A stretch of 61,347 bases of DNA from an uncultured virus (IMG/VR IMGVR_UViG_2061766007_001638) (lineage: Duplodnaviria > Heunggongvirae > Uroviricota > Caudoviricetes), in IMG/VR virus record IMGVR_UViG_2061766007_001638. One strand, 5' to 3'. Shown here in pieces: positions 22,399-33,094 of the stretch. The position numbers and the translations under genes were made by a program. The notes under the pieces are model-generated. The model searched no databases. It was not told the origin of the DNA and saw only the letters and a program-made list of their open reading frames with translations. Within the stretch, counting starts at the first letter, position 1, and each line of letters starts with the position of its first letter.

Positions 22399-24447
22399 TT
22401 ACCAACTTGGTCCATCGAACGGGTCGTCCTCGAATCCGAACAGATTGTCGATTCCGTCGGTTCCGTTTGACCAGCTGCTCCACATGACGTTTAGCTGGGT
22501 CCTGTCATATTGATTCTGATTGTTGTTTCCAGCGGAAAACATCGGGTCATGCAAGTAATTGTCATGTCGAATCCCTCCGACGACGTCGTTTCCAGTGTTT
22601 CCAATCCTTTCCGTCGTACGCCCTCCGACCTGTTCTCTCATGAGACGTATAAGCTCGTCTTCAGACAGGACATTTTTCTTCATGATTCCGTCTATTTCCG
22701 TTTTTCCGTCAGTTTCCGCCTTAATCTGCTGTTTTACGAGCTGTTGGCGTTCCTGGACTTTTCTTTCGTGTTCACGGAGGAATTCATTGTTGTTCTTCAT
22801 CTTGTAGAACTGGAAATCCCTAACCTGCACGCTTTCCTATATTCTCTGAATGTCTGACGGGGCGTAGTCGTAATACGGAGACAGTGTCTTCGGGAATACC
22901 ATTCCCGTGCTCGACTCGAACGTGCTGTCCACGTTGAAGTACCTTTCCACGTTTTCTGGGTTCAGAATCCAGTTCATCCAGATGAACGACATGATATGGT
23001 CGTCGTATGCCCCTTTTATCGCGGAATATACGGTATGAACCTTCAGGTCTTTCTTTATGAAAGACGAAAACTCGTCTATAAGCTCATAGTCGTAAAGCTC
23101 ATATCCGAATCCCACGGTAGTCATCATGTCCCTTGTCCAGAGACACGCTCTCGTCTTCAGTTGCCAATTCGAATCTATTCCGCATCCACCCTTGTTCATC
23201 ATGACAAAGTTCTCATACGCATAAGTAACCCTGAGCTGTTCTATGAATCCGAGGGATATTCCGTTCGATTCACATGCGATGAACGGATTCGCGTAAAGCT
23301 TCAATATTTCCTTCGCAACATACGCGAACTCGAGAATCGATGTCTTGTTGTCTGAAAACTTGCAGCACATCCTTATGTTGGAGAGGTCTGTGACATCCCA
23401 AATATAAAGGACAGACGAGTCCTTTCCGACTCCCTCTGCCACATCCCCAGACGCAAGATATGTCTTTTTGGGGTCGAAGTCGTGCCACATCGTGAACTGA
23501 TATGTCTTCTTTCCGTCTGGAGACNNNNNNNNNNNNNNNNNTAATGTATTCCCCTTGTCTTGAATTCCGTGAGCTGTATCTTATGCCTGTCTGCAGTTTC
23601 GTCTGAAATCAGCTTTACCGTAGTAATATCATCGAGAAATTGATTGTCGAACTCCTGTGCAAATCTCGTCGCACCAATCGATTGTATCTGAATCTTCTTC
23701 CACTGTTCGTCTCTTCCTGGAACCTGCCACCAGTACATTATGAACGGCTTCCATCCGTCCGCGTTGTCTGGGTCATTTTTGTTATTGGCCTTTTTCCACA
23801 AGTCATAATAGAGATTATGCTTTCCGTTCGGCGTCGAGACGATTATCACCTTTCCGTTCTTCGAGGCGGAAATAACTGGATATACTGCGGCAAAAAGGGA
23901 ATCTGCTATGTTTTGTGGAACAAAACTAAACTCATCAAGAATCAACACAGAACAAGATTGTCCACGAGCTCCTTGAGCAGAACAAGAAAATCCCATTATA
24001 GTGGAACGATTCGAAAATTTTATTGATGATTTGTTAAACTCGGCGCAACCTGGTTTCAACCACGTAGGAAGATACGAATATCCAAGTTTGATTCTCTCGA
24101 GAAGTTCAAGTGCCGTTTGTTCGCGCTATGCAAGCATCATCACTCTTTTATCGGAATGGAAACACGTCAACCAGAGAACGTATATGCAATACGATGTACT
24201 TTTTCCGAGCTGTCTGGATGAACACACAATTGCTCTGTTCTCATTCACCATAAATTTTAAAAGTTCCTTCTGAACATCATATGGTTTTATTATCTTCAAG
24301 CCTTCTGGTGTTTGTATCCTATAGTAGTTTTCAGCGAAATAGACTATATCCTCTCGACATCTCTTTATTTCTTTTAGCCTTTCTATGAGCATGTCTTTTG
24401 AAACATACTCGACATGATTTGGCTTTTTTACTGTAGCAAGCTCTTTG
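22399..24447 (-). CDS. terL: Terminase large subunit, T4 gp17-like (start masked; TAG read-through at 24126 and 22837)
   Basis: DIVYFAENY, SSRQLGKST, LILDEFSF, IVSTPNG, RFAQEF, GDVAEGVGKDSS, ESN, YDDHIMS; MLA(TAG)REQTALELLERIK..Y..LP.WLKPG is continuous. Confidence 0.92.
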
Positions 24448-24488
24448 NNNNNNNNNNNNNNNNNNNNNNNNNNNNNNNNNNNNNNNNN

Positions 24489-25232
24489 ATCCACAACCTC
24501 TCATACACGCATGTAAAATCATGTCACTTCTTATTCCAAGGCATTTACCAGCTTCTGTTGAATTTTCCCATTCTTTTATAATCTGTTCGGTATTCGCATC
24601 AATTTGAAGCACCTTTCTAATATCTCTTCTCGGTGATGGCATTCCAATTCTAGACTTACTTATTTTTTCTTTGGTTTCTTCACTTAATTTTTTACCTTTA
24701 TTGCTCTCACTTATCTTTTTCTTTGTTTCCTCACTATGGTGCTTTCCATAAAATGGACTGTTTTCACCAGTCATAGCCAATTTTAATTTTTGTCTTGTTT
24801 CTTCTGACACAATTTTTCCTTTATTTGCGATACTTATTTTTCTTTTGTGCTCATCTGAAAGATGTTTTCCCCAGTTTGGATTATCTTTTCCCTTTCTCCC
24901 GTAAAATGGATGTTTTTCACCAGCCATTTTTCCCTTTAATGCTTCGCTTATTTTTCGCTTTGTTTCCTCTGTCTTTGGAATACCTTTGCTCCAAGACGGC
25001 TTTCCTTTCTTTTTTTCACTCATTCTTAATCTTGTTTCTTCTGAATATATTCCATGTTTTCCCTTGTTCCAAGGTATATAATTTCTTTTTGCCATTCTCA
25101 TTTTTTGTCTGGACCCATCACTATACCAAGATTTTTGATTCCCACCAGTTTTTCGATTGTAAGTATCGTCTCGTTTGACAAATTCTTCATTCACTATTTG
25201 TTGTTTTCGAATATCTAATTCATATCCATCAT
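24489..25232 (-). CDS. Homing endonuclease with NUMOD3 repeats and NUMOD1-like tail (probably GIY-YIG; N-terminus masked)
   Basis: YN.KTGG followed by repeated HSEETKxKIS and C-terminal VLQID...IIKEW.NS.EAGK.LG. Confidence 0.8.
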
Positions 25233-25570
25233 NNNNNNNNNNNNNNNNNNNNNNNNNNNNNNNNNNNNNNNNNNNNNNNNNNNNNNNNNNNNNNNNNNNN
25301 NNNNNNNNNNNNNNNNNNNNNNNNNNNNNNNNNNNNNNNNNNNNNNNNNNNNNNNNNNNNNNNNNNNNNNNNNNNNNNNNNNNNNNNNNNNNNNNNNNNN
25401 NNNNNNNNNNNNNNNNNNNNNNNNNNNNNNNNNNNNNNNNNNNNNNNNNNNNNNNNNNNNNNNNNNNNNNNNNNNNNNNNNNNNNNNNNNNNNNNNNNNN
25501 NNNNNNNNNNNNNNNNNNNNNNNNNNNNNNNNNNNNNNNNNNNNNNNNNNNNNNNNNNNNNNNNNNNNNG

Positions 25571-26076
25571 AAAAGAAGATGGTTCCAGCTATGTCCGTCT
25601 TCGAGGATTCCAAGTATTTTCCCCAGATAGTCGAGGACAGGGACTACGACTTGTTCGGACTTTTCGGGAACTCTTGCAGGTCTTTGTATCCAGAGCTCGA
25701 CTGCTTCGAGCCTGAGAACGACTTCCCGAGCTTCATGAAGAAGATGACTATCTATAAGAGGATTAACATAGGAGACTACCACACCCGCAGATGGTGCTAT
25801 GCGGACAAGCTCGAGGCTTCCCTCAAGGAATACAAGGAAAACCTTTTGGACCCGAAGAAATGGCTTGCCAGATACGAAGACAGAAACGACGACTTTCTCC
25901 TCGATGTCGTTCAAAAGAAGGTTTCCGCCAAGAAGTGGAAAGAAGCCCATCAATATCTAGTGGCCTCAATTGACGAAGTCCTGAAGAAAATCGAAGACGT
26001 AAAGGCATGGATTGGGGACTATTCCGACATCCTTGACCCCGACTATATTGTGTTCGTCACGTGGATGGACAGCTGA
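25571..26076 (+). CDS. Hypothetical protein (5' end masked)
   Basis: Contains RDYDLFGLFGN, ends IVFVTWMDS. Confidence 0.6.
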
Positions 26077-26077
26077 A

Positions 26078-26263
26078 ATGATAAATTCCATTTCATGTAC
26101 GATAATCAATCTTGTCTGGCTTGCCATTGCGGTATTCATTCTAAATTCAGTGGTATGCTGTCTGTTCGATTTTGACATGGTCGCGTCCATCATAAAATTC
26201 TTCAAAACAAAAATCCTTGGAGAATCTGGAAAGTCTAAGGGGAAGTCAGATGGTAACTCATAA
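26078..26263 (+). CDS. Small membrane protein
   Basis: Hydrophobic segment. Confidence 0.5.
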   Translation: MINSISCTIINLVWLAIAVFILNSVVCCLFDFDMVASIIKFFKTKILGESGKSKGKSDGNS

Positions 26264-26710
26264 CTTCAGTGACGNNNNNNNNNNNNAATCTTCAAAAAAT
26301 GTCTTGAGAAGTGGGGGTGCAAGTTCGAGGACGTATCAGAAAACCCAGAATACCAGGAACAGGACATAGATTTCGTGGTGGAATCCAGAAAAGTCCCTGG
26401 CAAAACCGTATCCGTTGAAGTGAAGAACGACCAGAGGATATACGAGACTGGAAACATATTCTTCGAGACGATGAGCAATGTAGATTATTCCACAGAGGGG
26501 TGTTTCAAGAAATCGAAGTCTGAACTGATGGCGATAGTCTCTGAAAAAGAAAGGGCCATCTATTTCGTCGGAACCGAAATTCTCAGGAAATTCGTAGATG
26601 AAAACTCAGAATCCCTCAGATTCATATCCAGGGTTCCAGGAAGCGATTCATGCGGATATCTCATACCAGTCAAAAGGATTAAGCAAAATGTCGTCAAGAA
26701 AAGCTATTAA
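26250..26710 (+). CDS. PD-(D/E)XK-type nuclease-like protein
   Basis: YQEQDIDF...VEVKND...TGNIFFE. Confidence 0.6.
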
Positions 26711-27046
26711 GGAGAAAATTCCTATTTCCATAGAAAAGTTCGTATCCATTCTCAAACACAAGCCCAAATGGGTGGGGAACGAGATGGGAGGAATGATTAT
26801 CGTCCAGTTCAGGGACTTCGACGAATTCTCCCCAAGCCTTGAATTCAACGTTAAATTGGAAGATAACGGTGTTCAGGGGATATACTTCGAGATTCTGGAC
26901 CTACATGGATACAAAGACGGAGATTTCATACAGATAAAATCCAAAAGGAGAAAATGCGTTATGCGGGTCGGAATGACATACGACAAAAAAGTTTTCGACT
27001 ATGCTAGGGAAATAGGTTACAAAGACGTGTTCTTCACACCAGAAGA
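26688..27046 (+). CDS. Hypothetical protein (3' end masked)
   Basis: ORF overlapping the upstream gene. Confidence 0.5.
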
Positions 27047-27131
27047 NNNNNNNNNNNNNNTTTATTCTGGAAAACTTAGAAAGAAAAAGTTTTCAAAAAC
27101 AACAAAAACAACAAAACCAAGGAAATAAAAA

Positions 27132-27506
27132 ATGGGAACAACAAGTACATTCCTGAAGTCACGAGTCTCCAAGCCGACTGTCGGCAAGTGGAGTTCTGGA
27201 TTCAGTGCGGTCAAGAAATACGCGGATGACAATAAAATTCCGCTCATCGCTGTATGGTCGAACGGAGACGCATGCGGCCACTGCACGAATTTCGAGACCA
27301 CCGTAATGAACTCGACGTTCAAAAAGTGGATGGCGTCGTCTGGATGCGTGTTNNNNNNNNNNNNNNNNNGGCTGACGACAAGTTCGAGGGCAAAGGATTC
27401 ACGTGGACTAGAAATTCCAAGCTTACGACGTATCCTTTCGTCAGGGTATGGTGGAAGTCTGGAAAGGTTGACACGTACAAGAGCGGAGACGACTGGACTG
27501 GCGGCG
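27132..27506 (+). CDS. Thioredoxin-fold protein (3' end masked)
   Basis: PLIAVWS...CGHC..FE and later YPFV. Confidence 0.6.
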
Positions 27507-27892
27507 NNNNNNNNNNNNNNNNNNNNNNNNNNNNNNNNNNNNNNNNNNNNNNNNNNNNNNNNNNNNNNNNNNNNNNNNNNNNNNNNNNNNNNNNNNNNNN
27601 NNNNNNNNNNNNNNNNNNNNNNNNNNNNNNNNNNNNNNNNNNNNNNNNNNNNNNNNNNNNNNNNNNNNNNNNNNNNNNNNNNNNNNNNNNNNNNNNNNNN
27701 NNNNNNNNNNNNNNNNNNNNNNNNNNNNNNNNNNNNNNNNNNNNNNNNNNNNNNNNNNNNNNNNNNNNNNNNNNNNNNNNNNNNNNNNNNNNNNNNNNNN
27801 NNNNNNNNNNNNNNNNNNNNNNNNNNNNNNNNNNNNNNNNNNNNNNNNNNNNNNNNNNNNNNNNNNNNNNNNNNNNNNNNNNNNNNNNNNNN

Positions 27893-28734
27893 AGAACGCA
27901 GTTCTTCCATGGCCTTGTCGAATTCCTCTTTTCCTTCCTGTCCGATTTCGGTATCTATCGTACCACCGCCAGGAAGCTGTACGGAGCCGAATTTCTTCCT
28001 CNNNNNNNNNNNNNNNNNNNNNNNNNNNNNNNNNNNNNNNNNNNNNNNNNNNNNNNNNNNNNNNNNNNNNNNNNNNNNNNNNNNNNNNNNNNNNNNNNNN
28101 NNCCTCGCATGTTATCAATATAACGTTATCTTTTCCAGGCTTAAGTCTTGGTTCAGGTGTAATTTTTAGGATTTTCGTATTCTTGAAATACCTGTACTGA
28201 GGACACGAGCCANNNNNNNNNNNNNNNNNNNNNNNNNNNNNNNNNACCAATCCATGAACCATTAGTCGTACCAACGTTGTTGAAAAACGGAAACACCCCA
28301 GCTCCAGCATATGACTGAAGCATCGCACCAGTTCCGAAGAACAAGTCGTTTCCGAATCCATATAAAAGGGCGTCTCTCTTGAATGAAATGTCATGTATGT
28401 CCGCTATGTTGTACTCGCTCAGGTCAAGACCTTTTCCGTGGACGTATCCATCTAGTGGAACCACTATGTCCTGAATATCAAACGACGCGAATTTCGTATA
28501 TTTTTCGATTGCGTCCGCAACGCAGACTTGTATCATCCTCTTTGAGAGCTCTACGTTCTGCAATCCACCAGTATTGTCGTCGTACTCTCCCCCAAGTTTA
28601 GTTATTCCCCATGCTATCAAATCGTCTATATTCTTGATATATGGATGAAGATACGAGGATTTCTCTATGTTCTCTCCCTTTTCATCATCTTGCTTCTTAT
28701 GATACGGTCTTCTGAACGGAACTTTATCTTCCAT
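27893..28734 (-). CDS. Neck protein, T4 gp13-like (3' end masked)
   Basis: LIAW..TKLG...NVELS...CVADAIE; C-terminal KKFGSVQLPGGGTID; GTAAATA (minus) 28759-28765. Confidence 0.75.
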
Positions 28735-28801
28735 AATTTCTCCTGGATTTTACTCCATTATTTACCCCAGTATAATATTCCATGGAACAAGAGGGACACA
28801 A

Positions 28802-29290
28802 GTGGAAACAAAGGAAAACCAAGATAACAAAGAATTTTTTGACGGATTGTATGATATAAACTCAAACACCCTAAAGATAGAAAACACAGACGGCCATTTA
28901 ATCAAAGACATAAAATACGACCCAAACAATATTTTCATTGAAATGAACCAGTCTAATCTACAAAGTTTAATCAACGCGAATTCAGCGTGGAGCAATGTAA
29001 GCAGCTACCCGAGGGAATCTGAATGCACGTCCCCNNNNNNNNNNNNNNNNNNNNNNNNNNNNNNNNNNNNNNNNNNNNNNNNNNNNNNNNNNNNNNNNNN
29101 NNNNNNNNNNNNNNNNNNNNNNNNNNNNNNNNNNNNNNNNNNNNNNNNNNCGGTGTCAGACTACTCTGACAAGAAAAGGAATATCTTGAAGATTGACTGC
29201 AACCTGAAAATGATGATGAAGATTCTCGACATGGATTACTCGTCCTGGTCCGTGATGACGATGACGGAAAACGTAAAAAATGGAATCTAA
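28802..29290 (+). CDS. Hypothetical protein (partly masked)
   Basis: TATAAT 28771; GTG start after GAGGG. Confidence 0.45.
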   Translation: METKENQDNKEFFDGLYDINSNTLKIENTDGHLIKDIKYDPNNIFIEMNQSNLQSLINANSAWSNVSSYPRESECTSXXXXXXXXXXXXXXXXXXXXXXXXXXXXXXXXXXXXXXXXVSDYSDKKRNILKIDCNLKMMMKILDMDYSSWSVMTMTENVKNGI

Positions 29291-29612
29291 CGTGAGAATA
29301 GACAAATTTACTCGTCTTCTCGGGGTGAAGGACGAGTGGTTCACTGTTGACATGACCCTTCCGAGCGGAAAAAGGATATGTGCGAACATCAATCCAAAAC
29401 TGATATCTAACGTAGTTGAAATTCCATATAATAAATATTACATTGACTTGAAATTTCCTTTTATCCACAGAATAAAGAAAACCTGCACAAAATTCAGGCA
29501 ATGGAGCGGAGACGGTTCGTTCCAAGATTACGTGATTTACACAATAGACTGCAACATAAAATCATTTCTTAACCTGTTCGGGTTGAACACCCCGTGGAAC
29601 ATGGCAATGATG
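29280..29612 (+). CDS. Hypothetical protein (3' end masked)
   Basis: ORF upstream of the clamp loader; joined to it in the track only through Ns. Confidence 0.5.
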
Positions 29613-29654
29613 GNNNNNNNNNNNNNNNNNNNNNNNNNNNNNNNNNNNNNNNNN

Positions 29655-30557
29655 AAACTGGAAGACATGGTTCTGACGGATGAACTAATGGAATATTTTT
29701 CCAACCTTCTGTCTTCCAAGAGCAAGTTCAACATACTTCTGTCTGGCTCCCCTGGTATAGGAAAGACCACGATAGCCAAGCTCATAGCAAAGGAACTTGA
29801 CGCAAGCACTCTTTTCATCCCGTGTGGAATAGAGGGAACGGTTGCAACGGCCCAGGGAAAGCTCAAGACGTTCTGCGACTCGATGTCGATAGAAGGAAAA
29901 CCCAAGCTCGTAATCCTGGACGAACTGGATTCTGCGTCTGGAACACAGGACAACAGCTTCCAGAAAACCCTCAGGAACATCGTAAGCGAATCCCCAGACA
30001 CGATGTTCATCGGAACGTGCAATTACGCGGAGAAGGTAATAGACCCGATAAAGTCCAGGCTTGGGGTGGTGAATCTCGGATTCACGAAGAAGAACCTCCT
30101 CATCAGGATAAAGAAGATTCTAGACGAAAAGAAAATAAAATACACCCGTCAGTCCATAATAACATTCATCGAAACGGTCATAAGGAGCTACTATCCAGAC
30201 ATTCGACAGATTATCTCCATTCTACAGGCGTCGTGTTCGTCTGGAGAGCTCGTCGTGACGGAAAGCGCAAATGTCAGCGCAAACAAGACCTTTCTGAACG
30301 AGCTCATGACCAGATTGATAAACACGGACAACCTTCTTTCCCTTCGGGAATTTTACATTCAGTCCAAGTCGAACATAGACGACTTCAGGGCGTTCGCTGG
30401 ACTCGTGTTCAACGAGGCAATTTCCAGAGGGATGATAAAAGACCCAGATTCAGTTTTGAGAATGAGCGACATCATCTACCAGATGAACGTCGTCATAGAC
30501 CCAGAAATACAGTTTTTCGCACTTTTAACCCTGATAAACAAGGAAAACAGAAGATGA
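29655..30557 (+). CDS. Sliding clamp loader AAA+ subunit (T4 gp44/RFC-like; start masked)
   Basis: NILLSGSPGIGKTT, VILDELD, FIGTCNY..KVIDPIKSR, YPDIR, VIDPEI. Confidence 0.9.
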   Translation, partial: KLEDMVLTDELMEYFSNLLSSKSKFNILLSGSPGIGKTTIAKLIAKELDASTLFIPCGIEGTVATAQGKLKTFCDSMSIEGKPKLVILDELDSASGTQDNSFQKTLRNIVSESPDTMFIGTCNYAEKVIDPIKSRLGVVNLGFTKKNLLIRIKKILDEKKIKYTRQSIITFIETVIRSYYPDIRQIISILQASCSSGELVVTESANVSANKTFLNELMTRLINTDNLLSLREFYIQSKSNIDDFRAFAGLVFNEAISRGMIKDPDSVLRMSDIIYQMNVVIDPEIQFFALLTLINKENRR

Positions 30558-31225
30558 TAGACAAAAATCCCATTAGGCTTGGAGAACACGAATCTCCCAA
30601 TAGCCCTAACCACTGGAAAACACGAGACGCGACGAAACAAGAAATGGTGAACCACCCACACCACTACAACATGGGAAATCCAGCATACGAGCCCTACAAG
30701 GTCATAAGCGAATGGGGATGCAACTTCAACATCGGAAACGCAATCAAGTACCTTGCCAGATACAAGCAGAAATGGAATCCGATTGAAGACCTCGAGAAGG
30801 CCAAAAAATACATCGACTTCGAAATTGAAAGGTTGAGGCCGACCGAAGCACTGGCTCCAGAGGAGCTTTTCAAGGAAAGAACATATCAAGTAAATCCTTG
30901 CTGTGAGAATAACTTAGAAAGAAAAATCGTAAACGGCGACGAACTCCAGGAGACAAAACCAGAGACCGCAGTTAAAAACAGGGGGCTCATGGAAAGCATT
31001 TGCAGAGGGGAGAAAATCGTAGACGAGGCCAACAAGGCCCTGGACGAAGGAATGTCTAGAATAGACGTCATGAAGAAAATCCTAAAGATGAGCGACGATG
31101 AAATATCCGAAGTCATGAAAATGGACGGTCTAGAGGACGCCTGTGTAAAGATTGCAAATAAAATAGCAGAAAACACCGAGAGCGTAAATCCCCAGAAACA
31201 TGGAAAGTATTTCACCCATTTCTGA
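30554..31225 (+). CDS. DUF3310-like protein
   Basis: VNHPHHY...FNIGNAIKYLARY..K..IEDLEKAKKYI. Confidence 0.8.
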   Translation: MIDKNPIRLGEHESPNSPNHWKTRDATKQEMVNHPHHYNMGNPAYEPYKVISEWGCNFNIGNAIKYLARYKQKWNPIEDLEKAKKYIDFEIERLRPTEALAPEELFKERTYQVNPCCENNLERKIVNGDELQETKPETAVKNRGLMESICRGEKIVDEANKALDEGMSRIDVMKKILKMSDDEISEVMKMDGLEDACVKIANKIAENTESVNPQKHGKYFTHF

Positions 31226-31485
31226 TGGAAACTAAAAAGAAAAATTTCAAGAACAGGAACCTCTTCGACTACCTGAACAACATCCTGTGTGCAAAGAACA
31301 TGGAGATGTACAATAAGCATGTAGCCGAAGAGGGTTTCGATGTAGATTTCAAGAAGGTCGTACTCATAAGATACCTGTCGATGTCCACGGACCCGAGAAT
31401 AAGGGAGGTCGTGTTCAGGAACCAGCTGTTCTTTGACAGGACTGACTGCAAAACTCTGTACAGGTATCTGATTAAGGTTATTCCT
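31225..31485 (+). CDS. Possible clamp loader small subunit (T4 gp62-like; 3' end masked)
   Basis: LFDYLNNI...LIRYLSM...LYRYLIK.IP and position near gp44. Confidence 0.5.
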
Positions 31486-31525
31486 NNNNNNNNNNNNNNN
31501 NAAATACATCAAGTAACACATTATC

Positions 31526-31789
31526 ATGATTCTTTGCATAATAGCATCCATATCTATATTGTTGTATCTTGTAATACTGGTATATCCAACAATAAGAATG
31601 TCCGTTGAGAACAAAAGNNNNNNNNNNATGCGAGACATGCACAATGCTACGCGACAAACAAAGAATAAAAACGCCACTCCTGGCAAAATAGTGCATGTTG
31701 GAAATGGTCTTGATGCAATTTACGACGAGGACGGAGAAATGATTTGGAATTCATATATTGGATGCTGCGGAAAGGCTACGTATGTCTAA
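31526..31789 (+). CDS. Small membrane-anchored protein
   Basis: Hydrophobic N-terminus. Confidence 0.5.
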   Translation: MILCIIASISILLYLVILVYPTIRMSVENKXXXXMRDMHNATRQTKNKNATPGKIVHVGNGLDAIYDEDGEMIWNSYIGCCGKATYV

Positions 31790-32096
31790 TACCAAGAACG
31801 AAAAATGCCAACTTTGCGGTTTTGAAGGACCGTTGCAAAAGCACCATCTTATTCCCCAACGCACTTGCAGGAACAAGTACAAGGACGCGAAGGACGACCC
31901 GAGCAACCACGCATACATCTGCGACATGTGCCACAGGACGATTCACGCTTATTTCTCTGAAAACGAGCTTCGGGACGGACTTAACACAATAGAACTTCTC
32001 AGAAAAAACGAAAAGTTTTCCTCGTACTTGAAATGGCGTTCAAAGCACATGGTCTACAACTCAAACTCGACAAAGATGAGCAGGTCGAGAAAATAA
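31782..32096 (+). CDS. Small HNH-type nuclease-like protein
   Basis: CQLCG...HHLIP...ICDMCH..IH. Confidence 0.75.
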   Translation: MSNTKNEKCQLCGFEGPLQKHHLIPQRTCRNKYKDAKDDPSNHAYICDMCHRTIHAYFSENELRDGLNTIELLRKNEKFSSYLKWRSKHMVYNSNSTKMSRSRK

Positions 32097-32097
32097 C

Positions 32098-32126
32098 TTG
32101 ACACGGTACATGAAAAATGGTATAAT
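32098..32126 (+). promoter_or_regulatory. sigma70-like early promoter
   Basis: TTGACA-17-TATAAT; ATG 7 nt later. Confidence 0.85.
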
Positions 32127-32133
32127 ACTTGGC

Positions 32134-32529
32134 ATGGCAAACAAACTGACAATCATAAGAGGAACTCCAGGCTCTGGGAAGAGCACCTACGCGAAGGAAC
32201 ACTACAACTGCCTCATCCTCGAAAACGACATGTTCCACATGCACGACGGACGGTACGAGTGGGACAAAGACAATATGCCAGACGCCATGAAATGGTGTAT
32301 GGAAGCCTGCAATTACGCCCTTTCCCTTGGAATGGACGTAGTTGTCTCGAACACGTTCACGAAAAGGTCCAGCATATCGAAATACATCGAGCTTGCTGAC
32401 ATCTACGGGGCCGATTACGAGGTAATCAGATGCACTGGAAACTACGGAAACATACATGACGTTCCACGTTTTGTCCTCGAAAGCATGAAGCACGGTTTCG
32501 AGGATTGGCCTGGAGAGAAAATAGTATGA
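32134..32529 (+). CDS. P-loop kinase (AAA_33 / polynucleotide kinase-like)
   Basis: IIRGTPGSGKSTYA, VVVSNTF, HDVP. Confidence 0.8.
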   Translation: MANKLTIIRGTPGSGKSTYAKEHYNCLILENDMFHMHDGRYEWDKDNMPDAMKWCMEACNYALSLGMDVVVSNTFTKRSSISKYIELADIYGADYEVIRCTGNYGNIHDVPRFVLESMKHGFEDWPGEKIV

Positions 32530-32975
32530 AATTGTCCGAAAAGTTTAAGGATTTCAAGTTTTGGATGAAGGAGAAATTTGTTTTTCCTGTTCAAAATTGG
32601 TATTTGAACCATTTTAACTGGATTCACATGGAAGGTCAAGTCTTCAATGACGGAGACCTGATTTACATCGTGTGGAACGGCGAATACAACAAGAAAACAA
32701 GTCTAATCGAAAAATTGAGATGTCCGAAACTTTTCAAAAAGCTCGATTGGGTCTACGACGGAAGCGTAATTCAGTGCTATTATATCTGGGGAATGGACGG
32801 GTTCTTGCGAAACATCAGGCTCATCAAGTGCGTTATGACCGTGAGAGATATTGTTTTATGTGTAAACGGGGTGAAGAACACGCCTTCTTATCTAAGGGGA
32901 AAACCATCTGACTATCTTGTCCAGTTCGAAAACTTTTGCGAAGCCAGGAAAAACATTCATGAGCGACGGCAGTAG
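32526..32975 (+). CDS. Hypothetical protein (ends at TAG; true end uncertain)
   Basis: ATGA overlap with upstream gene. Confidence 0.6.
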   Translation: MKLSEKFKDFKFWMKEKFVFPVQNWYLNHFNWIHMEGQVFNDGDLIYIVWNGEYNKKTSLIEKLRCPKLFKKLDWVYDGSVIQCYYIWGMDGFLRNIRLIKCVMTVRDIVLCVNGVKNTPSYLRGKPSDYLVQFENFCEARKNIHERRQ

Positions 32976-33094
32976 AGCAAACAAAACATACTACGTCAAC
33001 ATGTGCGGAGTTGTCTGTGCAATTGCCGACAAATTTCCGTCATTATTGGGAAAATACTGGTAAATATACCTGTAATTTTATAGCAAGGAAAAAC

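Noticed and set aside
23490..23545. Programmed frameshifts in the terminase and other genes
   Set aside because: Every frame change I traced coincides with an N gap of uncertain length.
24331..25953. 540-aa minus-strand ORF
   Set aside because: Artefact of reading through Ns; the first part is antisense to a plus-strand gene.
28771..28856. Leaderless ORF from ATG 28782
   Set aside because: Closes after about 25 codons; GTG 28802 with an upstream GAGGG opens the longer frame.
29822..30553. N-terminal 244 aa of the 467-aa ORF
   Set aside because: Alternate frame of the clamp loader; the real start is the ATGA overlap at 30554.
29280..30557. 425-aa clamp loader with novel N-terminal domain
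   Set aside because: The join runs through 42 Ns that could hide a stop and start; two genes are more likely.
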